Origin: Verrucomicrobiota bacterium
Lineage (GTDB): Bacteria; Verrucomicrobiota; Verrucomicrobiia; Opitutales; Coraliomargaritaceae
DNA: 23,035 bases
Assembly: GCA_039815375.1 (NCBI GenBank)
Contig: JBCBZJ010000035.1
Location: 1 to 23,035, forward strand
Reading direction: 5' to 3'
In this document: positions 1 through 8,348 of the stretch, piece by piece
How the letters are laid out: each line of letters opens with the position of its first letter
Numbering within the stretch: the first letter of the stretch is position 1
Position numbers and translations under genes: made by a program
Notes under the pieces: model-generated
The model's database searches: none
Told to the model about the DNA's origin: nothing
What the model saw: the letters and a program-made list of their open reading frames with translations, nothing else

Positions 1-2
1 AT

Positions 3-314
3 GCGATTAAAGCTGCGTCAGTTAAATACGATCCGTTGGAACATGAAGCTCGGAATCGAGAGGTGACTCATGCGATCCTTGAATGGGGTTGTCCTTTTGC
101 GATATACTGGCAGTTCTACTGTAATGAACCGAGAGGTCATGGGTATCAGGGTTTTTGGTTAGTCAATGACAAGGCAGAAAAGCTGCCGCTTTACCATACC
201 TTCAAAGATTACTACGCTGAACTGAGTGAGTTTATCGCTGCAACGAAAAAGGCGTCTGGTCAGACTTCATCCAAGACACAGATTCAGGAATTTGCTGTTA
301 ACTACTTTAAATAA
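3..314 (+). CDS. 5'-truncated CDS: C-terminus of a hypothetical protein, possibly the end of a glycoside-hydrolase-like TIM barrel
   Basis: The frame is open from base 3 (AIKAASVKYDPLEHEAR...), so the real start lies upstream of the window. It ends with TAA at 314, 25 nt before the sulfatase ATG. The segment 'FAIYWQFYCNE...GFWLV...KLPLY' resembles the last strand and helix of clan GH-A barrels (inference only). Confidence 0.6.
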   Translation, partial: AIKAASVKYDPLEHEARNREVTHAILEWGCPFAIYWQFYCNEPRGHGYQGFWLVNDKAEKLPLYHTFKDYYAELSEFIAATKKASGQTSSKTQIQEFAVNYFK

Positions 315-339
315 CGTAACAATGATAAAGCATTAGTTT

Positions 340-3165
340 ATGAAAAAATTAATACCCCTTCTCCTACTAGTTTCAACTGGACTGTCGGCAGAGCCAGTCC
401 TCTATGAAGGATTCAATGCTGAAGGTCCCGATGCCGGAGGTCGGACCGGCTTTCTTTCAACATGGCACCGGCATGCTGGTGAAGTCGGATCAATAACTCG
501 TGGTATTGGCATAAGGGGCTTTGCGGAAGAGAAAGGAGCTCTTTTGTTGGAAAATAAGGGTGAAGCGCTAGCTCAGGCAGCTGTCGATGTGAGCGGCACC
601 TACTACGGTAGCTTCCGGGTTCACACCGCAGAGTTGAGAAACGAGTCCTTGCTAGGTCTATTGTTTGCGAAACCGGATTTAGAGAATCTAACACCTAAGA
701 CGGCAAATCTGAGTCTTCTGATTAAAGGTTGGCGTTTAGAATACGGTGTGGTTAATTCTCGGGGCAGGAGTTTCAAGGCAACCGAAGGCGCGCCAATTGA
801 AGCCGAGAAAACCTACCTCGTCCTTTTTAAAGTCGAGAACCCGGAAACCGGACCTTCGGTCGCGGATATGTGGATTTTGAATCAGGCACAGGCCCTGAAT
901 TTTAGAGCGAGTTCTATGAGTGAGCGTATGTTGAATAGTGCTGCGCTTGGTAACGACGAGAGTTCAGTCATGCAGCGTATTCGCCTGGAGGCCAAGAAGG
1001 GAACCAAGTTGGAGATCAAAAAAGGTGATTTGGTAGTCTGCGTAGCTAAATTCAACTCAAAGGCAGCTTTTGATGAAATCCGTTTGTCGAAGAAAAGTCT
1101 TGCAGACGCTTCCGGTGTTTCCGGCGAGGCGGAGACGGTCACACCTGCGCCTGTGGTGAAGCCCGCTTTACCTAAAATGGCTCGAAGCAGTGATTTCAGC
1201 AAAGACCAGCCCGATATTGTCTTTGTTTTACTGGATGATCTTCGCTGGGACGCAATGTCCTTCCTCGATCACCCTTATGTCGAGACACCTCAAATCGATA
1301 AACTGCGCGCTCAAGGCGCATGGATGCAAAATACCTTCGTCACGACTTCAATCTGTTGTCCGTCCCGCGCGACTTTTCTTACAGGAACCTATGCGAGTCG
1401 ACATGGGGTGATTGACAACGAGACTTCCGAATACAATCCGGAAATCACGCCGCCCGTTAGCAAATATCTGCAGGAAGCTGGTTATAAGACGGCTATGATC
1501 GGCAAATGGCATATGGGATACTCGGGAAAGCCACGCGCTTACTTCGATGAATGGCTGAGTTTTGACGGGCAAGGCAAATACTACGACCCAGAGTTTATCT
1601 ATACTGATGGTAGCCGCGAGAAACTATCCGGGTATACGACTGATATTTTGACAGACCGTGCGATTGATTTCGTGAATCGTCAGCCGGGTGAGCAACCCTT
1701 CTTCCTAATGCTTTCACACAAGGCGGTGCATGAGCCTTTTAAGCCTGCGCCTCGACATAAAACAGCCTTTGGTGCCGGGACGATGGACCCCGAGCCTGTC
1801 AGCTGGAGTGGTACATTTGAAGGCAAGCCTGAGTGGCAGCGGCGCCAGCGCACGCGTGATGTGCGTTGGAATTGGCGGACACGCGATGTTGAAGAAGAAA
1901 AACTGCCGGATGCAATCGCCCTTGAACCCTGGAAGGAGAGTAAGAAGTATGTCGACCAGCTGCGTTGTTTGGCTGCAGTCGACGATGGAGTAGGGCGTTT
2001 GGTCGAAGCTCTGCGTGAGCGTGGTAACCTCGAAAACACGCTGATCATCTTCACTAGTGACAACGGCTATTTTCATATGGAACACCGTCGTTGGGACAAA
2101 CGTTTGGCCTATGAGGAGAGTCTGCGTATTCCCATGATCGTGGTTTATCCCGGAAAGATAGAAGCGGGATCAACTATATCGGAAATGGTTTCGAATGTCG
2201 ATTTTGCACCGACCATATTAAATTATGCCGGTATTCCGATGCCTGATCATATGCAAGGTGCAAGTATGCAGCCGTTGTTTGAAGGCGATGCATCGAACTG
2301 GCGTGAAAGCGTTTTCTACGAGTATTGGACTGACTTGGTGCATTCTATTCCGACAATGAAGGCTGTTCGCACGGATCGCTATAAACTTATTGCTTACCCG
2401 GAATTGGATGACATCGATGAACTTTACGACTTGAAGCGCGATCCGCATGAGATGAACAATCTTGTGCAGGATCCTGAATATGCGGGAGTGCTTGACAAGA
2501 TGGAGCGCCTGCTGGCTGCCGAGGCCGAACGTGTCGGTTGGAGCGTTGATGTCTTCCCTAAGAACCTTCCTCGTGTTCGTGGGCCAAAGGGCACTCTTTT
2601 TGACCTGCAGATCGCGTCTGGAAAAGTGAAAGACTCGATCAAGCAGAGCCGTCCAATGAAGACGGGAAAGATCGTCGTCGATGATGGTATGATGATATTC
2701 AATGGCAAAGGTAGTCGCTTGGAAGTGCCCTTCGATCCTGACATGGATCCATCGGTTTGGCCTTATCGGATCGCGGTCGATTTGCGACCTGAAGAAGGAA
2801 ATGGTGTTGTTGCGGCACAGTCCTCTCCTGGTTATGGCTTTAAACTCTTCATTGAGGACGGTAGACCTGGTATTGCCGTCCTCTGTAAAACATGGATTCG
2901 CAGTCGCACGATTATCGACGGTCCTGAAGTGGAAATGGGTCAATGGGTGAAGCTCGAGGCGGAGATTGATTACAATCGCGTTAGTTTTTGGATGAATGGT
3001 GAATTGATTGATACCATGACCTTGCCGCTTCCTTTTAAGGCAAAAACAAAGGCGCCATTGCTGGTTGGTGCAGGCGGCAGCAACAAGGTTTCCGATGAGG
3101 TGCCCAATAACTATTTTAAGGGCCAGATTCGTGGATTAACTGTTCGGCGGCCAGTCTCACAATAG
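340..3165 (+). CDS. Secreted formylglycine-dependent sulfatase (family S1) with an extra N-terminal domain and a C-terminal LamG/ConA-like domain
   Basis: Sec signal MKKLIPLLLLVSTGLSA. Sulfatase core motifs: PDIVFVLLDD, C-x-P-S-R signature (CCPSRATFLTG, Cys codon 1354-1356), GYKTAMIGKWH, HKAVH, FTSDNG, YEESLRIP, ELYDLKRDPHE. The C-terminal ~190 aa has a LamG-like pattern (GQWVKLEA...SFWMNGEL...PLLVG...FKGQIRGL). Confidence 0.95.
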   Translation: MKKLIPLLLLVSTGLSAEPVLYEGFNAEGPDAGGRTGFLSTWHRHAGEVGSITRGIGIRGFAEEKGALLLENKGEALAQAAVDVSGTYYGSFRVHTAELRNESLLGLLFAKPDLENLTPKTANLSLLIKGWRLEYGVVNSRGRSFKATEGAPIEAEKTYLVLFKVENPETGPSVADMWILNQAQALNFRASSMSERMLNSAALGNDESSVMQRIRLEAKKGTKLEIKKGDLVVCVAKFNSKAAFDEIRLSKKSLADASGVSGEAETVTPAPVVKPALPKMARSSDFSKDQPDIVFVLLDDLRWDAMSFLDHPYVETPQIDKLRAQGAWMQNTFVTTSICCPSRATFLTGTYASRHGVIDNETSEYNPEITPPVSKYLQEAGYKTAMIGKWHMGYSGKPRAYFDEWLSFDGQGKYYDPEFIYTDGSREKLSGYTTDILTDRAIDFVNRQPGEQPFFLMLSHKAVHEPFKPAPRHKTAFGAGTMDPEPVSWSGTFEGKPEWQRRQRTRDVRWNWRTRDVEEEKLPDAIALEPWKESKKYVDQLRCLAAVDDGVGRLVEALRERGNLENTLIIFTSDNGYFHMEHRRWDKRLAYEESLRIPMIVVYPGKIEAGSTISEMVSNVDFAPTILNYAGIPMPDHMQGASMQPLFEGDASNWRESVFYEYWTDLVHSIPTMKAVRTDRYKLIAYPELDDIDELYDLKRDPHEMNNLVQDPEYAGVLDKMERLLAAEAERVGWSVDVFPKNLPRVRGPKGTLFDLQIASGKVKDSIKQSRPMKTGKIVVDDGMMIFNGKGSRLEVPFDPDMDPSVWPYRIAVDLRPEEGNGVVAAQSSPGYGFKLFIEDGRPGIAVLCKTWIRSRTIIDGPEVEMGQWVKLEAEIDYNRVSFWMNGELIDTMTLPLPFKAKTKAPLLVGAGGSNKVSDEVPNNYFKGQIRGLTVRRPVSQ

Positions 3166-3537
3166 GGGATCAGAGTATAAAACGTAATCGGTTCGGCCTT
3201 CCTAAGCTCGCAAGTTTGACAACATTTCGGCCCCGCGACGGTTTTGTCTATTCAGGCCGTGCTGGACAGCTTTCGCTTTGAAGTTAAAAATCCAAACGGC
3301 ATGACCGAGGTACAGAAAAGATCATACCCTTAGTTTTACTGGGGTTATGTAGGAAATCGGATTTTTGATTATATCTTCAATGATAATTATAAAATGTTCT
3401 CATCTTTATTCTATGTTAAATAGCTGTCCTGCACTGTAGCATGCGGCTCATTTGAATTAAAAATCTATGCTGCAGACATTTATGTGAGTTAAATGGTAAA
3501 GAAACCGATTCTATCTAATATTTTACAAGATTTCTAT

Positions 3538-3574
3538 TTGACAATATTATGAATAAAATGTCATTAATATTGTC
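3538..3574 (+). promoter_or_regulatory. Putative -35 box (TTGACA) overlapped by an inverted repeat (candidate operator) upstream of the PEP-CTERM gene
   Basis: TTGACA at 3538-3543. GACAATATTA (3540-3549) and TAATATTGTC (3565-3574) are perfect reverse complements, in a very AT-rich intergenic region. No clear -10 box at canonical spacing. Confidence 0.45.
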
Positions 3575-3622
3575 TTAGTATAGTTTCAATATCCCCAACT
3601 TCTTGAATCACCCGCTTTATAC

Positions 3623-4501
3623 ATGAAAAATAGCTCTTTGTTTGTCGCTGCATCAGTTTTGACTGCTGTCAGTTCTAGTGCTCAGATCACCTTGACGACT
3701 GATCTGATTTACAACCAAAACTTTGATAAAGCTGCTTTTACCGCAGACATTAATAAAGCGGGAACAGACGATCCGCTTTTTTGGGATGCAGGTGGAGATG
3801 CAAACTCCTCAGATGCCACACAATGGCAGAATAATGCTACTTTCGGTGGTTGGTATCGTCAACTTTTTGTCGGTGCTGTTTCTGATCGTCAGGACAAAGA
3901 CTTCATTGGTGAAATGAAGGGTGGCACAACACGCTTCGGTGTGGCTACGGATTTTTCTTCAGGATTTTCCGGAACATATGATACTGCTCTCGGTGTTGTG
4001 ATGCAGTCGACGGGCACTCAGTCCGCGTTTGGTGTAGTTTTTGAAGTTGATGCAGGTCTTCAGGTTACTTCGGCAGATATTTCTTACACCGGTGAGCAAT
4101 GGTTCCGTGGTGCGAACAACGATGGAGGCACACTTGAATTTCAATATAAGGTTCTTAACGATATTTCTGGCTTTCTCATCAACGATGAAACCGGTTGGAC
4201 AGATGTTAACAACTTGGATTTTACCGCTCTAAATACTGCCGCAGGTGCTGCTAAGATCGATGGTAATGGGGCTGCAAATTCGACAGATCTTTCGGAGACA
4301 GTTACACTACTGGCAGACGATACACAGTTTATCGCTTTCCGCTGGAAGTATGATTCCGTTGCTAATAACGCACAAGCCGGACTTTTTGTTGATGATTTTT
4401 CCGTTAGTTTTACAACGGTCAGTGTTCCAGAAGTCTCATCATACGCCCTGTTTTTTGGTGTTTTCTCGATGGGTTGGATCATGATTCGCCGTCGTTATTA
4501 G
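3623..4501 (+). CDS. PEP-CTERM sorting-domain (exosortase-target) surface protein
   Basis: Signal peptide MKNSSLFVAASVLTAVSSSA. The C-terminus VPEVSSYALFFGVFSMGWIMIRRRY gives a variant PEP motif, a TM helix and an Arg cluster. The body is rich in Thr/Asp/Gly/Asn and looks beta-structured. Confidence 0.9.
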   Translation: MKNSSLFVAASVLTAVSSSAQITLTTDLIYNQNFDKAAFTADINKAGTDDPLFWDAGGDANSSDATQWQNNATFGGWYRQLFVGAVSDRQDKDFIGEMKGGTTRFGVATDFSSGFSGTYDTALGVVMQSTGTQSAFGVVFEVDAGLQVTSADISYTGEQWFRGANNDGGTLEFQYKVLNDISGFLINDETGWTDVNNLDFTALNTAAGAAKIDGNGAANSTDLSETVTLLADDTQFIAFRWKYDSVANNAQAGLFVDDFSVSFTTVSVPEVSSYALFFGVFSMGWIMIRRRY

Positions 4502-4527
4502 AATCTCATTTGGGTTGAGATAAACTT

Positions 4528-4564
4528 GAAGAGCTCGCTGTGTATGCAGCGGGTTCTTCTTTTG
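4528..4564 (+). terminator. Intrinsic terminator after the PEP-CTERM gene
   Basis: 13-bp stem GAAGAGCTCGCTG / CAGCGGGTTCTTC (two G-U pairs) with a 6-nt loop, followed by TTTTG, starting 27 nt after the stop codon. Confidence 0.7.
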
Positions 4565-4737
4565 TCCGGACTTAAGGGCTTACTTGCTGCGGGGTTTTTG
4601 CGCCGACCAGGTTTCATTAGGCCACAAAGAGAGCACTGAGTTTTCTTGATTCAGGTTTCTATTGATTTGAAGGATGAATTCTGTTCTCTGAAAAGTTCTT
4701 TAGTCTAGACGTTTTATAGTCCCTGAAATTAGCTCAA

Positions 4738-5724
4738 ATGAATTTTCCTTCACTCGGTGAATCTGCTGCAAGCCTTGGCTTGCAAGAATTAAAAGTCACA
4801 TCTGATGGCCGATTCTCTATCGGTAAGTTTGGCGTGCAGGCAGTCGCGGCAACGGGTGACGGCAAGGTCGAATTTATCGGATTTGCCGACCACACTGTTG
4901 CTCTTGTGAATTCTGCAATGGGATACCCAGCATATTATCCCGTCGATGCAATTGAGGAAGAGCAGCCTCTCAAAGCGGTGCTGATGGATTTGGATGGGAC
5001 CACGGTTCACAGTGAGGAGTTCTGGATCTGGATTATACAGATGAGCACAGCGAGTTTGCTGGGGAATACGAAATTTGAGCTTGAAGAGGCGGATCTACCT
5101 TTTGTTTCGGGCCACTCCGTCTCGGAGCATCTTCAGTATTGTGTGAACAAGTATTGTCCGGGTAAGTCTGTGGAAGAAGCCCGCAGATACTACTTTGAGC
5201 ACACACACCGTGAGATGCAGCTCATCCTTGAAGGCAAAGGAAAGCCGGGAGCTTTTCGACCGACACCGGGCATAAAGGACTTTCTTCTGGAGGTAAAGAG
5301 TATGGGTATAAAGCTCGGGCTGGTTACTTCAGGACTCTACGAGAAAGCCTATCCCGAGATTCTTGATGCGTTCAAAACCCTTGAGATGGGTGATCCGAAG
5401 GAGTTTTACGATGCCATTATCACGGCAGGCTTTGCCTTGCGTAAAGGAGAACCCGGGACACTTGGCGAGTTATCGCCCAAGCCTCACCCCTGGCTTTATG
5501 CAGAAACATTTCGAGTTGGCCTCGGTCTAGATTACAAGGATAGACATGCAGCAATTGGAATCGAAGACAGTGGTGCGGGAGTTTGCTCCATTCGCCTGGC
5601 CGGTATGCAGGCTTGGGGAATCGGAGGAGGAAATATCGATCAGTCGGGGACCCGCGGGCTTTGCAGCCACTTCTCAGACGATTTTGAAGGTATTCTTGCC
5701 CTTATTAAAGAGCGTAACAACTAG
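4738..5724 (+). CDS. HAD-superfamily phosphatase / beta-phosphoglucomutase-like protein (subfamily IA) with an N-terminal extension
   Basis: Motif I LMDLDGT, motif II GLVTSG, motif III KPHP, motif IV GIEDSGAG. About 75 aa precede the Rossmannoid core. No signal peptide. Confidence 0.88.
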   Translation: MNFPSLGESAASLGLQELKVTSDGRFSIGKFGVQAVAATGDGKVEFIGFADHTVALVNSAMGYPAYYPVDAIEEEQPLKAVLMDLDGTTVHSEEFWIWIIQMSTASLLGNTKFELEEADLPFVSGHSVSEHLQYCVNKYCPGKSVEEARRYYFEHTHREMQLILEGKGKPGAFRPTPGIKDFLLEVKSMGIKLGLVTSGLYEKAYPEILDAFKTLEMGDPKEFYDAIITAGFALRKGEPGTLGELSPKPHPWLYAETFRVGLGLDYKDRHAAIGIEDSGAGVCSIRLAGMQAWGIGGGNIDQSGTRGLCSHFSDDFEGILALIKERNN

Positions 5725-5737
5725 ATTAGATCCACAT

Positions 5738-8347
5738 ATGAGGCATCGTTCTATCTTTAGAAGAAGGTTGACTCGATCACCCCTGTTTCCCGCTTTTGAA
5801 TGGCGTGGCTGTGCACAATTTTTTCTGTGCGTGTTCGGTTTTTCGGTCTTTTTCCTTGCGACTCATGTGAGTGCTGCTGAGCCGAATTGGCGGGTCCTTG
5901 AGTCGAGTTATCCGACAATGGATATCCCGGTAGTTGGCTACAGTGTTCTCGAGTTCGGGGCGGTTCCGGATGGTCGAACAGATTCGACCGAAGCATTTCA
6001 GGCTGCTTTGGATGCGATGGCGGGTGCAGGTGGAGGAACTGTCTTTGCTCCTGCCGGAAAATATCTCTTCAAAGGTAACCTTGAGGTTCCACGCTCGGTG
6101 ATTCTGCGTGGCGAATGGAAAAAACCCAGTCCTGAGGATCCTACGGTTGCCGGAACCATTTTAATGCCGACTGGAAACAAAGGTCAGTCACAGGGACAGG
6201 CATTCATCCTGTTGGACCTTTCATCGGGAATCAAAGATCTATCGATCTGGTACCCGAATCAGAATGCTCGCAAACCCTTTCCCTATCCATATACTCTGGA
6301 GCAGAAAGGTGGAAACAATGCCACCTTCGAGAATCTGACTTTGGTGAACGCTTACCAGGGTATCAAGATAGGCCCCGAATCCAACGAGTTGCATTATGTG
6401 CACAACGTATTTGGCAGTCCTCTCAAGACCGGCATCCGCTACGATTCCACCACCGACATTGGCCGACTGGAACAGGTTTACTTTGCGCCTTATTATTGGT
6501 CTGGAAGCGATCTTCCTGGTGCACCTGAGGAGAGTTTTCTACAGGATTGGCTCTTGGGAAATGCGACAGGCATTCATATGCTCCGAAGTGATTGGGAGTA
6601 TGTTGATCAGGTCTCAATTGAAGGCTACAAGACAGGATTTATGTGCACCCGTGGGAAGCGTGGTGCAGCAAATGCTCAGTTTCGCCGACTTAATATTAGC
6701 AATTGCGGAACTGCGCTTTATGTCGAGAAAACCAATCCATATGGAATGGTTTTCACCGAGTGTTCCTTTCAGGGGAATGAATATGGGATCCATCTTAGCA
6801 AGATCTTTGACTCTGTAATCCTTCTCTCGAACTGCATTCTAAAGAGCGAAAAGGCGGCTCTTCGATCAGATGGAAACGGCGTTGTCTTGATGGAGCAGTG
6901 CAGTATCGAGAGTGGTAATATCAGTTTGGATCGGGGCACCCTTTCGATGATCGGTTGTGCAGTCAATGACTCGGAAGCACGAATCCTTGTGGGGTCGGAT
7001 GTCAGTAGTGTGATGTTGGCGGGTAATGATTTTGTGTCGGGAGACACTACGGTTCAGAGCCGTGGGCAGAAAGGAATCGTTCAGATTTCGAAACAGCCTG
7101 TGAATTTGCTACCTTTCCCTGAATATGGAGACCGTCCTGATCGTACTTATCAACCGCTGGGCAGTGAGTTCAGGGTTGTGACTCCGGCTTCTTCCGGTGA
7201 CGACACATCACGATTGCAGGAGGCGCTGGATGCTGTGGCAAGTCTTGGCGGTGGTATTGTTTTCCTGCCGGGCGGGAACTATCGAGTGGAAGGCAATCTG
7301 ACTGTGCCAAGTGGTGTCGAGCTGCGCGGTGTTCATGATGTGCCGCATCACACGAGTGGATCGCAGAGCATCATTCACGTCTATGCCAGAAATGACTCAC
7401 CTGCCATCATCATGCAGGCCAAAAGTGGTCTGCGCGGTCTCGGGTTTAACTACCCTGAGCAGGATATTCGTAATCTAAAGCCATATCCTTTTTTGATTCA
7501 GGGGCGCGGTGAAGATATCTATATTATTAACGTAAATGCGGCCAATCCTTATCGCTATCTGGACTTGATGAGCTATCGTTGTGACAATCATTTTGTTGAT
7601 TATCTTTCTGGTTCTCCGCTGAAGACAGGTGTCGCGATCGGCGGAGGCTCGGTCCAAGGTGAAGTGCGTAACATTCAATACAATCAGCATTACTGGTCAC
7701 GTGCGCCGAAGGAGAACCCTTATTTTGCGAACAGAACCCAAGGTGGAATTTTTCGCGGGACCAGTCGAATTCTCTGGGAATACCAGAAGGAGAATTTGGA
7801 TGCCTTAGTTGTGGCCGATACAGTCGACCAGTTTCTTTATCAGAACTTCGTTTATGGGTCGCTGTATGGTATTCGGTTTACCGAGCAGGATGGTAAAGGT
7901 CCACGTAATCTCATCAGCCACGGCCATGGCACCGATGGCTCGAAAGTTGGCGTTTTTTTTGAGAGCGGTGGTGATAAAATTTCGATGGTCAATAGTGAGC
8001 TCGTTGCCATGTCGAGCACGGACAAAACAGCAATTAAGCTCGGTCCGGATTTCAATGGCGTTGCCAGTTTGATCAACACAATGGTCTGGGGTCAGCCCAA
8101 CTTGCTTGCCGAAGTGGATTCGGGGAAGCTGATCCTGCAAAATCTTCATGCCAACCGGCATGGCAATGGATTAAAGCTCAATGCTGGTCAGGTATTCGGC
8201 TCGAACCTGAACTTTTTCCAGAACACCGGTCGTCACATCCAGGCTGGCAGTAAATCAAAAGCAAAACTCACAGGTGTCGTTGCAGCAGGGCCGCTTCGAA
8301 AAAGCAATTCTAAGAACGCGACAGTTCTGCTCAAGACTGAGCGCTAG
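5738..8347 (+). CDS. Secreted tandem right-handed beta-helix carbohydrate-active protein (Pectate_lyase_3 / GH55-like architecture)
   Basis: Two beta-helix N-cap motifs: SVLEFGAVPDGRTDSTEAFQAALD...GGGTVFAPAGKY...VILRG and DDTSRLQEALD...GGGIVFLPGGNY...VELRG. The start was moved from 5546 (inside the HAD gene) to the ATG at 5738, 13 nt after the HAD stop. This gives an Arg-rich n-region, a hydrophobic h-region and a VSA/AE cleavage site. Confidence 0.85.
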   Translation: MRHRSIFRRRLTRSPLFPAFEWRGCAQFFLCVFGFSVFFLATHVSAAEPNWRVLESSYPTMDIPVVGYSVLEFGAVPDGRTDSTEAFQAALDAMAGAGGGTVFAPAGKYLFKGNLEVPRSVILRGEWKKPSPEDPTVAGTILMPTGNKGQSQGQAFILLDLSSGIKDLSIWYPNQNARKPFPYPYTLEQKGGNNATFENLTLVNAYQGIKIGPESNELHYVHNVFGSPLKTGIRYDSTTDIGRLEQVYFAPYYWSGSDLPGAPEESFLQDWLLGNATGIHMLRSDWEYVDQVSIEGYKTGFMCTRGKRGAANAQFRRLNISNCGTALYVEKTNPYGMVFTECSFQGNEYGIHLSKIFDSVILLSNCILKSEKAALRSDGNGVVLMEQCSIESGNISLDRGTLSMIGCAVNDSEARILVGSDVSSVMLAGNDFVSGDTTVQSRGQKGIVQISKQPVNLLPFPEYGDRPDRTYQPLGSEFRVVTPASSGDDTSRLQEALDAVASLGGGIVFLPGGNYRVEGNLTVPSGVELRGVHDVPHHTSGSQSIIHVYARNDSPAIIMQAKSGLRGLGFNYPEQDIRNLKPYPFLIQGRGEDIYIINVNAANPYRYLDLMSYRCDNHFVDYLSGSPLKTGVAIGGGSVQGEVRNIQYNQHYWSRAPKENPYFANRTQGGIFRGTSRILWEYQKENLDALVVADTVDQFLYQNFVYGSLYGIRFTEQDGKGPRNLISHGHGTDGSKVGVFFESGGDKISMVNSELVAMSSTDKTAIKLGPDFNGVASLINTMVWGQPNLLAEVDSGKLILQNLHANRHGNGLKLNAGQVFGSNLNFFQNTGRHIQAGSKSKAKLTGVVAAGPLRKSNSKNATVLLKTER

Positions 8348-8348
8348 T

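Noticed and set aside
2218..2943. 241-aa antisense ORF, and the many other 60-200 aa overlapping ORFs in the track
   Set aside because: They lie within or opposite well-supported genes and lack motifs, as expected for shadow frames.
5546..5737. ORF-track N-terminal extension of the beta-helix protein
   Set aside because: It overlaps the HAD gene, and ATG 5738 gives a proper signal peptide.
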